Notes under the pieces: generated by a model | What the model saw: the letters and a program-made list of their open reading frames with translations, nothing else | Told to the model about the DNA's origin: nothing | Database searches by the model: none | Position numbers and translations under genes: made by a program | In this document: positions 52,236 through 61,990 of the stretch, one piece after another | Layout: each line of letters begins with the position of its first letter | Position numbering within the stretch: position 1 is the stretch's first letter | DNA from: an archaeon | GTDB taxonomy: Archaea; Nanobdellota; Nanobdellia; Pacearchaeales; GW2011-AR1 | DNA length: 64,000 nt | Direction of reading: 5' to 3' | NCBI GenBank assembly: GCA_018697295.1 | Contig: JABHTJ010000006.1 | Coordinates: forward strand, 5,133 to 69,132

Positions 52236-53174
52236 ATGGGGAGTCACTTAATAGAATCGCAACAAATTTCTAAAGAATTACTCCTTTCATTTTTCAAACG
52301 TGCAGACAAATTAAGGGAAAATCAAGAGGAAACACTTAAGGGAAAAATTCTAACTTCATTGTTTTATGAACCTAGCACTAGGACAAGATTAAGTTTTGAA
52401 TCGGCAATGAATCGACTTGGAGGTTCAGTCATGGGAACAGAGAATGCAAACGAGTTTTCTTCAGTTTCAAAAGGAGAATCTCTAATCGACACAATTAGAA
52501 TAATCGCAGGATATTCTGATGTAATCGTGATGAGAACAAAAGAAGAAGGTCAAGCAAGAAAAGCCTCCAAAGTAAGTTCAGTTCCAATAATTAATGCAGG
52601 TGATGGAAAAGGGCAGCACCCAACTCAAACAATTCTTGATATGTACACAATCTATAGAGAAATTAAACATCTCGACAATCTCAAAATTGCAATGGTGGGA
52701 GATTTAGCAAGTGGAAGAACTATTCGTTCATTGTGTTATCTCCTCGGAAAATTTGAGGGAATTCAAATCACGTTTGTTTCTCCACCAAATTTAAGGATCG
52801 AAGAGGATATCAAAGAATATCTGGAGAAGCATAATGTAATTTTTAGAGAAGAAGAAAATCTCGAGGAAGTTCTTCCAATTTGCGATATTATCTATATGAC
52901 AAGAATCCAGCAAGAAAGAATTAGTTTAGAAGATTATGAAAAAGCTAAAGGAAGATTTATCATCGATGAGTTCAACATCCATTTAATCAGGCAAGATGCA
53001 AGGGTTCTACATCCACTTCCTCACGTCGAGGAAATTGACTTATCACTTGAAACAGAAAATTCAGATCCACGAATTGCATATTTTAGGCAGGCAGAAAATG
53101 GACTCTATGCACGAATGGCAATTTTAGAGTGGGCAATAAACGGTTCTAAAAAAAATTATGAAAATCAATCTTAA
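52236..53174 (+). CDS. pyrB: Aspartate carbamoyltransferase catalytic subunit
   Basis: FYEPSTRTRLSFESAM, HPTQ, HPLP. Confidence 0.95.
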   Translation: MGSHLIESQQISKELLLSFFKRADKLRENQEETLKGKILTSLFYEPSTRTRLSFESAMNRLGGSVMGTENANEFSSVSKGESLIDTIRIIAGYSDVIVMRTKEEGQARKASKVSSVPIINAGDGKGQHPTQTILDMYTIYREIKHLDNLKIAMVGDLASGRTIRSLCYLLGKFEGIQITFVSPPNLRIEEDIKEYLEKHNVIFREEENLEEVLPICDIIYMTRIQQERISLEDYEKAKGRFIIDEFNIHLIRQDARVLHPLPHVEEIDLSLETENSDPRIAYFRQAENGLYARMAILEWAINGSKKNYENQS

Positions 53175-53370
53175 AGTTCAACCAAAATCAGGTAGACAAG
53201 AAATAATTAGGGTCGACGAAGATTCTTATAAGGTATTTTTGAAAAAATCTCCTGAAGACAACAAAGCAAATGAAGAATTAACAAAGCTTTTAAAAAAATA
53301 TTTCAATGAAAAAAATGTCAAGATTATTAAAGGTTTAACGTCTAGAAATAAGATAATCGAGGTCAAATAA
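53158..53370 (+). CDS. DUF167 (YggU-like) protein
   Basis: KVQPKSGRQEI...EDNKANEELTKLLKKYF...IKGLTSRNKIIEV. Confidence 0.6.
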   Translation: MKINLKVQPKSGRQEIIRVDEDSYKVFLKKSPEDNKANEELTKLLKKYFNEKNVKIIKGLTSRNKIIEVK

Positions 53371-53712
53371 ATGAATTTAAAAAAAATTACTTACTATGTC
53401 GAAGGTAAAAGAAAAGAAATTTACGTCAAAAAAGTTTCTATATATTCTTCTGGGCTAATGTTTAAAAAAAATTCTCCTCCACTTTTATTCGATCAACATA
53501 AAAATAAGTATCTGCCAATAATTTCGCTATTCTGCAAACCATTTACTGCTATTTGGCTTGATGAAAAAATGCATGCAACACAAGTTACCGACGTGAAAAA
53601 ATGGAGATGGTGGATTTCAGGAGCCGGAAAATATCTTTTAGAAATTCCCCTACCACTAAAAAATAACAAATCTCCGTCGAGAAAACATTCGTCGTCGAAT
53701 AGAAACATTTAA
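53371..53712 (+). CDS. Hypothetical protein, possibly DUF192-like
   Basis: ORF track; weak pattern SGLMFKK..PLLF...FCKPFTAIWLDE...YLLEIP. Confidence 0.3.
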   Translation: MNLKKITYYVEGKRKEIYVKKVSIYSSGLMFKKNSPPLLFDQHKNKYLPIISLFCKPFTAIWLDEKMHATQVTDVKKWRWWISGAGKYLLEIPLPLKNNKSPSRKHSSSNRNI

Positions 53713-53775
53713 ATAGAAATTTGATTGTAAATAAGAGTTAAGTAAAAAAGGTGTTAAAAAGGAGGTTAAAAATCA

Positions 53776-53997
53776 ATGGGAAAAATTATTGTAAAAAATG
53801 TTGTTAAGAGAAAACCTGGACATCTATACTATGTAGATGGTAAAGGAAATGTTTGCCAAGCAGTTATGGCTCGAGGCGGAAAAAAGAAAAAGAAAGCCGC
53901 TAAAAAAACAACAAAGAAAAAAGTTGCTAAGAAAAAGAAAGCTGTGAAGAAAAAACCAGCAAAGAAAAAAGCAGCTAAAAAGAAAAAGAAAAAATAA
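53776..53997 (+). CDS. Small basic protein with a lysine/alanine-rich tail (candidate nucleic-acid binder)
   Basis: The N-terminal 35 aa (VKRKPGHLYYVDGKGNVCQAVMARGG) are followed by an (A/K)-rich tail. An AGGAGGT Shine-Dalgarno lies upstream. Confidence 0.55.
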   Translation: MGKIIVKNVVKRKPGHLYYVDGKGNVCQAVMARGGKKKKKAAKKTTKKKVAKKKKAVKKKPAKKKAAKKKKKK

Positions 53998-54132
53998 ACT
54001 TATTTTTTAATTATATCATATTCAATGAGTCCTCCTCATTAGGGAGTGAGGGGGGCACATTATTTTTTTATCTTATTCCACAAACTCCCTAGATTTTAAA
54101 ATTTCTATTAAAAATAACCAACAGTATAAAAT

Positions 54133-54303
54133 CTAATTATTGACTCTAGATTCCAGATAGTATCCAAATAATGCTCCGATACCCATCCCTATAATAATTC
54201 CTATTCCTACATTAATTTGCATTATTGCGGTGATTGCTGCACCAAGTCCTCCACCAATACCAAACCATTGCATTACATAATTACTTTTTCTTTTTTTAAC
54301 CAT
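54133..54303 (-). CDS. Small Gly-rich membrane protein (56 aa), absent from the ORF track
   Basis: My translation is MVKKRKSNYVMQWFGIGGGLGAAITAIMQINVGIGIIIGMGIGALFGYYLESRVNN. Confidence 0.4.
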   Translation of the reverse strand: MVKKRKSNYVMQWFGIGGGLGAAITAIMQINVGIGIIIGMGIGALFGYYLESRVNN

Positions 54304-54337
54304 GCCTAATGAAACCTTTCAGATATTAAAAAAGTTT

Positions 54338-55000
54338 CTATCCAAAATATTTTTCAGTATAAAATCTGATTAACTGCTCAACTTCGGGAATACAACTTTT
54401 ATCTTGAGCTCCAATCTTCGTTTTTTTCTGAACTTCTTCAAGAGTTCGTGCACCTTCAAGGACCGCTTCTTCAATATCTTTGTCAGTAATTTTCAAAATC
54501 TTGTCAATAATCTTCGCACCTTCAACTATCACTTTATCATCTTGTCCACTCTGCCTAAAATAATCATTAATCGCTCCACGAAGAGCCTTGTCTCCCAGAA
54601 CTGAACAGTGAAATTTCCTCGCAGGAAGTCCTTCAAGTCGCTTCACAATATCTTGAGGAGTTATTTTAAGTGCCTCATCAACTTTCATCCCTTCATTTTC
54701 CGTAACCATTAAACTCAGCATCGAAGTACTTCCAATCGCAGAAGCACAACCAAATGTTTGCCATTTACATTCTTTAATCACATCATCTTCTACTCGGATC
54801 CATAATTTCATCATATCTCCACAAGCAGGACTTCCAACTTGGCCAACCCCATTAGAAACTTTTTCGAATTCTTCAACTTCTTTTTCATCTTTTAAAAAAT
54901 TCTTTGGCGTAAAAAAATGCTCTTTCACAGTGTCGTTATAAAACCAATTCTTTGAATCCACTGTCGCCTTAACATCAATATGCGTTTTCATTTCACTCAT
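54338..55000 (-). CDS. nifU: NifU/IscU-type Fe-S cluster scaffold with a C-terminal BFD-like segment
   Basis: GSPACGDMMKLWI, WQTFGCASAIGSTS, FHCSVLGDKAL. Confidence 0.85.
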   Translation of the reverse strand: MSEMKTHIDVKATVDSKNWFYNDTVKEHFFTPKNFLKDEKEVEEFEKVSNGVGQVGSPACGDMMKLWIRVEDDVIKECKWQTFGCASAIGSTSMLSLMVTENEGMKVDEALKITPQDIVKRLEGLPARKFHCSVLGDKALRGAINDYFRQSGQDDKVIVEGAKIIDKILKITDKDIEEAVLEGARTLEEVQKKTKIGAQDKSCIPEVEQLIRFYTEKYFG

Positions 55001-56235
55001 GCGACAACTCCTAAACTAATTTTTTTATTTGCTTCGCTTAAATATTCTTTAAAGTCTTCTGCCTTAAGATTCACTGGAGAAATTCCTCGTACATTCTTAA
55101 TAATCTCTGGCAAAATTTCCAAAACATAATCAATTTCTTCATTAGTTGTGTTTCGCCCCAATGAAAATCGAATACTTCCATGTGCAGCTTCATAAGGAAG
55201 TCCTGTCGCTAAAATCACATGACTTGGATCCAAGGTTTTACTAGTACATGCACTGCCTGTACTCGCACAAACGCCCCTATGATCAAGATATAACAAAACA
55301 GCTTCACCTTCAACATCTAAAATACTAATATTCACATTACTCACAATTCGTTTTTCTGGATGTCCGTTAAGAAATGCTTTAGGAATTGTAGAGAGTATAC
55401 CTTCAGTTAACTTTTTAGAAAGTTTTCCAATTCGTTCAGTTTCACCTTCTTTTTCTGCAGTTGCAATTTCTAAAGCTTTAGCAAATCCCACAATCAAGGG
55501 AATATTTTCGGTTCCACTTCGAAGTCGTCGTTCTTGTCCACCACCATGAATCAATGGAGTTATCATAATACCTTTTCGCAAATACAATAGTCCGACACCT
55601 TTCGGCCCATAAATCTTGCTTCCATTAAGACTCAATAAATCGCACCCAATTTTTTCAACATCTAAATCTAAATAATTTCCTGCTTGACAAGCATCTGTGT
55701 GAAATAAAATTTTATTCTCTCGACAAATATCTGAAATTTCTTCAAGAGGCTGTATAGTCCCAATTTCATTATTTGCATACATAATACTAACCAAAATAGT
55801 CTCTTCACGAATCGCATTTTTCAAATCATCAAGATTAACCATTCCAAATCTATCAACATCAAGATATGTAACTTCAAATCCTTCTTTTTCTAAAAATTCA
55901 CATGTCTCAAGAACTGCATGATGTTCAGTTTTCTGAGTAATAATATGATTTCCCTTTTTCAATTTCTTTCCAAGGTGATGGGCAACACCTTTAATCGCCA
56001 TATTACAACTCTCTGTTCCACTTCCAGTAAATAAAATTTCTTCTGTTGAACAATTAAGAATTGACGAAATCTTTTCTCGAGAATTATCAAGTGCCACCTG
56101 GCCTCCAAGTCCAAGAGAATGCATGCTTCCCGGATTTCCATAATTTTCATTAAAGTAAGGAATCATTGCTTCAACAACTCTCGGATCAACTGCCGTCGTC
56201 GCAGCATTATCCAAATAAACCGTTTTATTTTCCAT
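54997..56235 (-). CDS. nifS: Cysteine desulfurase (NifS/IscS type)
   Basis: VYLDNAATT, SLNGSKIYGPKG (PLP Lys) and STGSACTS (active Cys). I place the start at MENKTVY (56235). Confidence 0.9.
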   Translation of the reverse strand: MENKTVYLDNAATTAVDPRVVEAMIPYFNENYGNPGSMHSLGLGGQVALDNSREKISSILNCSTEEILFTGSGTESCNMAIKGVAHHLGKKLKKGNHIITQKTEHHAVLETCEFLEKEGFEVTYLDVDRFGMVNLDDLKNAIREETILVSIMYANNEIGTIQPLEEISDICRENKILFHTDACQAGNYLDLDVEKIGCDLLSLNGSKIYGPKGVGLLYLRKGIMITPLIHGGGQERRLRSGTENIPLIVGFAKALEIATAEKEGETERIGKLSKKLTEGILSTIPKAFLNGHPEKRIVSNVNISILDVEGEAVLLYLDHRGVCASTGSACTSKTLDPSHVILATGLPYEAAHGSIRFSLGRNTTNEEIDYVLEILPEIIKNVRGISPVNLKAEDFKEYLSEANKKISLGVVA

Positions 56236-57577
56236 TAGATTTTTCTCCCTTCTTAGTTTGTAATTCTTCAAGAACCATTTTTGGATCAAGCCCGTGAGCC
56301 ATAGCACCTTCTTCAATAGTTTCCATTTGAGCCATCATACAACCACCGCATCCAAGACCCATCCCTGAAAGTTTTCCCAAAGCTTCAGGGTCCTCTTCAA
56401 TTAATTCTGCAAAAGTCATATCTTTTGAAATTCGATTATTCTCTTCTTCAAAAAAAGGACTAAGCTCTCGTAATTTTTCAACAGAACTCTTCACATGTTT
56501 GACAATATAATCAATTTCTTTTCGACTCAATTCATCAAAACTAAATCGAATCGCGCAACGAATATAATCTTCACTAACTTTCATTGCTTCTAAAACATGA
56601 CTCACATCAACTTTTCCAGAAGAACAAGCAGAACCAGTAGAGACCATAATTCTAGCTTTATCAAGTTTAAACAAAAGTGCTTCAGCTTCAATTCCCTTAA
56701 ATGAAATATTAATGATATTAGACGTTCCAAATTCTAATGAGCTGTTCAACCGACTTCCAGCAATTTCTAAAAGTTGAGCAACGAGCAAATCCCGACTCTC
56801 TCTAACTTTCTCATAATTTCTTTTTATTTCAGCGGCTTTTCCAAGACCAACAATTCCAGAAACATTAAGTGTTCCACTTCGGAGTTTATTTTCTTGTCCG
56901 CCACCAAACATCAACGGAGAAATTTTAACACCTTCTCGAACATATAAAAATCCAACTCCTTTAGGTCCATTAATCTTATGCCCTGACACCGTCAACAAAT
57001 CAATTTTCTGTTTTGTTACATCAATGGGAATTTTAGCAAACGATTGAACAGCATCAGTATGAAAATAAACTTCTTTTTCACGACAAAGTTTTCCTATTTT
57101 TTCAATTGGCTGAATAACTCCAGTTTCATTATTGACGTGCATGACGCAAACAAGAAGAGTATCTTTTCGAATTAATCCGGAAATCGCTTCAACATCAACA
57201 ACGCCATTCTCATCCACCCTAACATAATCTACTTCAAAACCCTGCTTTTCAAACTCTTTAGCAATTTCCAAAACACTAGGATGTTCAATTTGAGAAACAA
57301 TCATATGTTTTTTAGTTGGGTTAACTCGAATGAGTCCTTGAATCGCAAGATTATTTCCTTCAGTTCCTCCGCTAGTAAAAATAATCTCTTTGGCTTTTGC
57401 TCCAATCTTCGCACCAATCGTAGCTCTAACAGCTTCAACAACTTTCAATGTATCTTCGGCATCACTATATTTTGCCGACGGATTAAAATAATCTTGCCTA
57501 AAATAAGAATTCATTTCCCTAACAACTGCCGTATCAACTGGGCTCGTCGCAGCATTATCTAAATATATTTTTTTCAT
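56225..57577 (-). CDS. nifS: Second cysteine desulfurase paralogue fused to a C-terminal DUF1858-like domain
   Basis: IYLDNAATS, TVSGHKINGPKG and STGSACSS. The C-terminal about 70 aa, MTFAELIEEDPEALGKLSGMGLGCGGCMMAQMETIEEGAMAHGLDP, resemble DUF1858. Confidence 0.8.
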   Translation of the reverse strand: MKKIYLDNAATSPVDTAVVREMNSYFRQDYFNPSAKYSDAEDTLKVVEAVRATIGAKIGAKAKEIIFTSGGTEGNNLAIQGLIRVNPTKKHMIVSQIEHPSVLEIAKEFEKQGFEVDYVRVDENGVVDVEAISGLIRKDTLLVCVMHVNNETGVIQPIEKIGKLCREKEVYFHTDAVQSFAKIPIDVTKQKIDLLTVSGHKINGPKGVGFLYVREGVKISPLMFGGGQENKLRSGTLNVSGIVGLGKAAEIKRNYEKVRESRDLLVAQLLEIAGSRLNSSLEFGTSNIINISFKGIEAEALLFKLDKARIMVSTGSACSSGKVDVSHVLEAMKVSEDYIRCAIRFSFDELSRKEIDYIVKHVKSSVEKLRELSPFFEEENNRISKDMTFAELIEEDPEALGKLSGMGLGCGGCMMAQMETIEEGAMAHGLDPKMVLEELQTKKGEKSNGK

Positions 57578-57943
57578 CTAATAATTAGGAAGACTATTGC
57601 AGTATTCCAAAACCTCCTTGTTAAATTGTTTACAAACTTCGCACGTAGCTTTTTGCGTTTTCATAAATGTTAAAATTTTCTGAATTTCATGAACGCCCAT
57701 CTTCGGATTTTCATACAAAATTTTTCCGGACTTGACAATCTCTTCACAAACTTGAGAGCTCAAGGTAATTTTATTCGCTCGTTTATTCGAAATATACTGA
57801 GAAACAGCCGCCTTGCTAATTCCGAGAATTTTCCCTGTCTTCTCATAACTAAGCGCATATTCTGAAACCAAAAATTTAGCAAGTTCCTTTCGAACGGCTG
57901 GAATAATGTACCAAACTTCAATTTCCTGATGTAAACTAAACAT
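57578..57943 (-). CDS. HTH transcriptional regulator with a C-terminal Cys motif
   Basis: HTH YEKTGKILGISKAAVSQYISNKR and a C-terminal CEVCKQF...C. I place the start at MFSLHQE (57943). Confidence 0.55.
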   Translation of the reverse strand: MFSLHQEIEVWYIIPAVRKELAKFLVSEYALSYEKTGKILGISKAAVSQYISNKRANKITLSSQVCEEIVKSGKILYENPKMGVHEIQKILTFMKTQKATCEVCKQFNKEVLEYCNSLPNY

Positions 57944-58031
57944 GTTAACTATAGTGAACAAATGCTTTTTAAGTTTTTGGATTAGCAAAATTCTCAGAAA
58001 ACCTTATATACTTCTTTTCTTTTTTTCATAC

Positions 58032-58586
58032 ATGGCAGTACTAGGAATCACAATCGGAGTTGTAGTAGTTATTGGTGCAGTATTCTTCATCTACTACAAC
58101 AAGTTCATTCGATTAATCAATCAAATAGATAATTCTCTCGCACAAATCGACGTGCAACTAAAAAAGAGATCAGATTTAGTTCCAAATTTAATGAATGCAG
58201 TTAAGGGATTCATGAAGCATGAAAAAGCAATCATTACTGAAGTAACCGAAGCACGAAAAGCACTTGTTGGCGCAGGAAAAGATATGGCTAAACGAGTAAA
58301 GGCCGGAGACCAATTACAAAACGCATTAAAATCAATTTTTGCAATCGCAGAAAACTATCCAGACTTAAAATCAAACGAAAACTTCTTACACTTACAGCAA
58401 GAACTATCTGCTATCGAAGACAAGGTAGCGTACGCGAGACAATATTATAACGATGGAATTATGTCTTACGACAATGGAAGAAAAACAATTCCTGGAAAAT
58501 GGTTTGCAGGAATGTACGGTTTCGGAGACAAACATTATTTGAAAATTACTGAAGCTGAAAAGAAAGTTCCTGAAGTAAAGTTCTAA
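58032..58586 (+). CDS. lemA: LemA-family membrane protein
   Basis: AQIDVQLKKRSDLVPNL...ENYPDLKSNENFLHLQQEL..ED.VAYARQYYND. Confidence 0.85.
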   Translation: MAVLGITIGVVVVIGAVFFIYYNKFIRLINQIDNSLAQIDVQLKKRSDLVPNLMNAVKGFMKHEKAIITEVTEARKALVGAGKDMAKRVKAGDQLQNALKSIFAIAENYPDLKSNENFLHLQQELSAIEDKVAYARQYYNDGIMSYDNGRKTIPGKWFAGMYGFGDKHYLKITEAEKKVPEVKF

Positions 58587-58652
58587 TTTCTAATTCTAAA
58601 AAATAACAACTTTTATTAACTACTATGTCTTAAGAACATTGGAGGTAAAAAC

Positions 58653-58871
58653 GTGGAAATGTGTTCAAAATGTGGGGGTATAACTGGCGTGTTATTCTTG
58701 ATATTTGGAATCCTATATGCGATTCAAGATTTCAGCAACTTTCAAGTATGGATTACGCCGTGGAGTGCACTTTTTCTAATCATCGGTTTATCGATGTGGG
58801 GAAAAGGACATTGCAAGACTTGCCAAAGCGGAATGTGTGAAGTCAAGCCTTCAAAGAAAAAACGAAGGTAA
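58653..58871 (+). CDS. Small membrane protein with terminal Cys motifs
   Basis: CSKCGG, two TM helices, then CKTCQSGMC. A GGAGGT Shine-Dalgarno lies upstream. The start could be GTG 58653 or ATG 58659. Confidence 0.45.
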   Translation: MEMCSKCGGITGVLFLIFGILYAIQDFSNFQVWITPWSALFLIIGLSMWGKGHCKTCQSGMCEVKPSKKKRR

Positions 58872-58932
58872 AACTTCGCTAAATTTTAATTTATTTTTTA
58901 TTTATTAAATAACAGATTCTTTAGTCAAGAAA

Positions 58933-58942
58933 GATATAAAAA
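58933..58942 (+). promoter_or_regulatory. TATA box (gatataaaaa) about 29 nt upstream of the htpX ATG
   Basis: Spacing is consistent with the other boxes. Confidence 0.4.
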
Positions 58943-58963
58943 CCAAAACTTCTTTCTTCAAAT

Positions 58964-59869
58964 ATGGAAAATCAAATGGCAAGACTCTCCTTTCATGAAG
59001 AGATTGCAAAAAACAAGCGTTCATCTTACTTCTTAATCACAATTGTCTTTCTAGTTCTTCTAGCATTAGTTTACACAATCGGGTTCGCACTCGGAGGAGA
59101 TTATTTCTGGTTCATCATAATTTTTGGAACAATATTCTCTATTATCTATGTTGCAGGAAGTTTTTATAAGTCGGCAGAAATAGCAATAGCTTCAGTTGGA
59201 GCAAAACTTGCAAATCAGCCTGAACACAGAGAATTTCATAACTTGGTAGAAGGATTATGTTTGGCATCAGGACTTCCAAAACCAAAACTCTATGTTATGA
59301 AAAATGAACAAATTAACGCATTCGCAAGTGGAAGAGATCCCGAGCACGCAGTTATTTGTGTAACAACTGGAACACTCGAGAAATTATCAAAACACGAACT
59401 AGAAGGAGTTCTTGCACACGAACTCTCTCACATCGCAAATTACGACATAAGGTTCATGACGCTAACGGCAGTCTTAGTCGGAATGATTGCAATAATTTCA
59501 CAAATATTTCTTCGAAGTTTATTCTGGAGTTCCATGAGTGGTTCAAGAAATAGCAACGGAAACGACAAAAGTAAATTAATCTTAATGGTAATCGGAATCG
59601 CATTAGCAATTATTGCTCCAATCATAGTCGCAATCGTTCAACTAGCAATCTCAAGAAAAAGGGAATACGCGGCCGATTCTTCCGCAGTAAAATTCATCCG
59701 AAGCCCAACCGGATTAATTAGCGCACTAAAAAAAATCAAAGACAATAAGCCAATGAAAGTCTCAGGAGCCGTCGCACCATTATTTTTAGCAAAACCAACC
59801 AAATCAAAAGAATGGTTCCAAACACATCCTCCATTGAGCAAACGAATCGCAAAGTTAGAGAGAATGTAA
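58964..59869 (+). CDS. htpX: HtpX-type M48 zinc metalloprotease
   Basis: HELSHI zinc motif; four TM helices; EYAADS. Confidence 0.9.
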   Translation: MENQMARLSFHEEIAKNKRSSYFLITIVFLVLLALVYTIGFALGGDYFWFIIIFGTIFSIIYVAGSFYKSAEIAIASVGAKLANQPEHREFHNLVEGLCLASGLPKPKLYVMKNEQINAFASGRDPEHAVICVTTGTLEKLSKHELEGVLAHELSHIANYDIRFMTLTAVLVGMIAIISQIFLRSLFWSSMSGSRNSNGNDKSKLILMVIGIALAIIAPIIVAIVQLAISRKREYAADSSAVKFIRSPTGLISALKKIKDNKPMKVSGAVAPLFLAKPTKSKEWFQTHPPLSKRIAKLERM

Positions 59870-59911
59870 GTCTCTCAATAGCTTTTTAACTCCAAAATTT
59901 CTTCAATAAAT

Positions 59912-60967
59912 ATGAAAACAAAATTCGATTCATACATGATAAATGATATGCCAGAAGGCTGTAAGAGATGTCTCAAGGGAGAAAAGTTGGTTTTATTCAT
60001 GACGGGGAAATGTCCACGAAAGTGTAGTTATTGTTCATTATCCGACAAAAGAAAAAAATCTTTAGAAATATTCGCAAATGAAAGGCCATGCAACTCCGTA
60101 AAAGATGTAATCAAAGAAGCAAAGGAAAATAATGCAACAGGGGCTGGAATTACTGGCGGAGATCCATTAGTTGAATTTGAAAAAACCTACAAGTTTGCAA
60201 AAGCACTCAAGAAAAAATTCGGAAAAAACTTTCACATCCATATCTATCTCCCAACAAATTTAGTAACTCCAGAAAAAATGAAGAAGTTATCAAAATATAT
60301 TGACGAAGTGAGATTCCACCCATTATTTCTACAAATGAAAACGAACGGAGAAAAAACTTATGAATACGATGTTAAAAAAATAAAAATGGCAACAAAATAT
60401 TTCGGACAAAAAAACACAGGTCTTGAAATGCCAGTAATTCCTGAAAAAGTGGATGAAACTCTGCAGTTTATCGAAAAAATTAAGGATGAAATTAGTTTTG
60501 TAAATTTAAATGAATTAGAATTATCTCAAACTAATTTTGATGAGTTCACAAAAAAATATTCGTTTGCAGAAGATACGTACTCAGTTGCAACGTCAAAGGC
60601 AGCAGCACAAAAAATTCTAAAAAAATTAAAAGATTCTAAATTAAAGGTTCATTTTTGCACAGCACAAACAAAAGAAGTTCATCAATATAATAATCGATTA
60701 CTAAAACACAACATCTTACCTTATGGGCATCGAAATTCGGACGGAACAGTAATTTATTTTGCCGTATATGCCAAGGAACATAAACTCTCCGACGTAAAAT
60801 CTGCATTAAAACATCACAAAAAAATATTTGTAGATAAATCAAAAAAACGAATAATCCTCTCTCAAGAAATTTTGGATGATGTCTTAGCAGAAGATGTTTT
60901 CAAAGTCGCAAGAGTAATGGAATATCCAACCTTTGACAAAACAGTTTTAGAATTCTGGGAAGAATAA
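59912..60967 (+). CDS. Radical SAM domain protein (PFL-activase-related, COG2108-like)
   Basis: CPRKCSYCS (CxxxCxxC) and GITGGDPL. Confidence 0.6.
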   Translation: MKTKFDSYMINDMPEGCKRCLKGEKLVLFMTGKCPRKCSYCSLSDKRKKSLEIFANERPCNSVKDVIKEAKENNATGAGITGGDPLVEFEKTYKFAKALKKKFGKNFHIHIYLPTNLVTPEKMKKLSKYIDEVRFHPLFLQMKTNGEKTYEYDVKKIKMATKYFGQKNTGLEMPVIPEKVDETLQFIEKIKDEISFVNLNELELSQTNFDEFTKKYSFAEDTYSVATSKAAAQKILKKLKDSKLKVHFCTAQTKEVHQYNNRLLKHNILPYGHRNSDGTVIYFAVYAKEHKLSDVKSALKHHKKIFVDKSKKRIILSQEILDDVLAEDVFKVARVMEYPTFDKTVLEFWEE

Positions 60968-61022
60968 TTTCAAACTAATCGAACACGATAATCTTTAAAT
61001 AATAATCTCTATTTAAATTTCC

Positions 61023-61394
61023 ATGGCAGTAACAGATGGAGATCGTATTCCTGAAAAGAGAATGAGTAACTATGAAAGTGTTGATGCAAGTGGAAAGCCT
61101 TATTTAACTGGAAAAAAGTCAATCGGATTCCCACGGACCATTTCCTTATTGGTAGGTTTAGCAGGATTTAGTGCGGGAGTCGGAGTTTATGATGCAATGA
61201 AGAGTAGTAGTCAGGTTGTAAGTGAGGTTAGAAATGTTGAACTTCGTACAGATTATCTTCAAACAGATTCACCTCTGTGGGGGACAAAATATACGCAAAG
61301 CTTCTATTCTGAAGGCGGTATGGAAATGAGAAGAGAACCTATAACTCAGGAAGAATTTGAGGCTGCCGTTAGAAGATCTTCTCAGGATGATTAA
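61023..61394 (+). CDS. Hypothetical single-TM protein
   Basis: ORF track; TM helix ISLLVGLAGFSAGVGVY. Confidence 0.4.
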   Translation: MAVTDGDRIPEKRMSNYESVDASGKPYLTGKKSIGFPRTISLLVGLAGFSAGVGVYDAMKSSSQVVSEVRNVELRTDYLQTDSPLWGTKYTQSFYSEGGMEMRREPITQEEFEAAVRRSSQDD

Positions 61395-61417
61395 ATTTCA
61401 TTCTATCAATCAAATAC

Positions 61418-61425
61418 TTTAAATA
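61418..61425 (+). promoter_or_regulatory. TATA box (tttaaata) 29 nt upstream of ATG 61447
   Basis: It is part of a 24-nt module, aatcaaatactttaaatatctcaa (61408-61431), repeated identically at 61973-61996. Confidence 0.55.
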
Positions 61426-61446
61426 TCTCAACAACTATTCAAACCA

Positions 61447-61974
61447 ATGGAAGTTACAGCAATATTAATGATTGTTCTTTTTATAGCAATCTTCGGAGGA
61501 ATAATTACATTCATCATCTTAAGAAAATTAAAAGGTTCAATTAAAATAATTTTTGACAAGCAATCTAACGAAGTTCATTCTGGAGAAAATATTATCGGAA
61601 AATTAGAAATTAAAGTAAAAAAACCTCTTTTAGCAGAAAAGATTACTCTAAGCATCATTCCAAAAATGAAGCAAAGTAGTTTTAGGAGAAACTCATACAA
61701 ACAACAAAATCGGGAAATGAGGCCAATTTACATACAAACAGTTTTAACAAATCAACAATTAAACGTAGGAATCAACACGCTCGATTTTACGCTAAACGTT
61801 CCAGAAGATTTAGATAAAAAACTTCTCAATAGCAATCCTATAATGAAAACTCTAATGATGGGCTTAGATGCAATGCAAAATCAATGGACAAAATTTTCTT
61901 ATTCCCTGCGTGCCCAAGCATATCTTGAAGGAATCGACATCGTCGGCCAAATTCCCATAACTATTTCTGCGTAA
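61447..61974 (+). CDS. Hypothetical N-terminally anchored protein
   Basis: ORF track; N-terminal TM helix. Confidence 0.45.
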   Translation: MEVTAILMIVLFIAIFGGIITFIILRKLKGSIKIIFDKQSNEVHSGENIIGKLEIKVKKPLLAEKITLSIIPKMKQSSFRRNSYKQQNREMRPIYIQTVLTNQQLNVGINTLDFTLNVPEDLDKKLLNSNPIMKTLMMGLDAMQNQWTKFSYSLRAQAYLEGIDIVGQIPITISA

Positions 61975-61982
61975 TCAAATAC

Positions 61983-61990
61983 TTTAAATA
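61983..61990 (+). promoter_or_regulatory. TATA box (tttaaata) 29 nt upstream of the tyrS ATG
   Basis: Second copy of the identical 24-nt module (61973-61996). Confidence 0.55.

Noticed and set aside
56236-56316. N-terminal extensions in several ORF-track calls: NifS 439 aa, the regulator 57944-57988, LemA 57942-58031, the phosphatase 45984-46064 and DUF814 26446-26508
   Set aside because: Family homology starts at internal Met codons. The extensions overlap neighbouring genes or a tRNA and are hydrophobic or basic nonsense.
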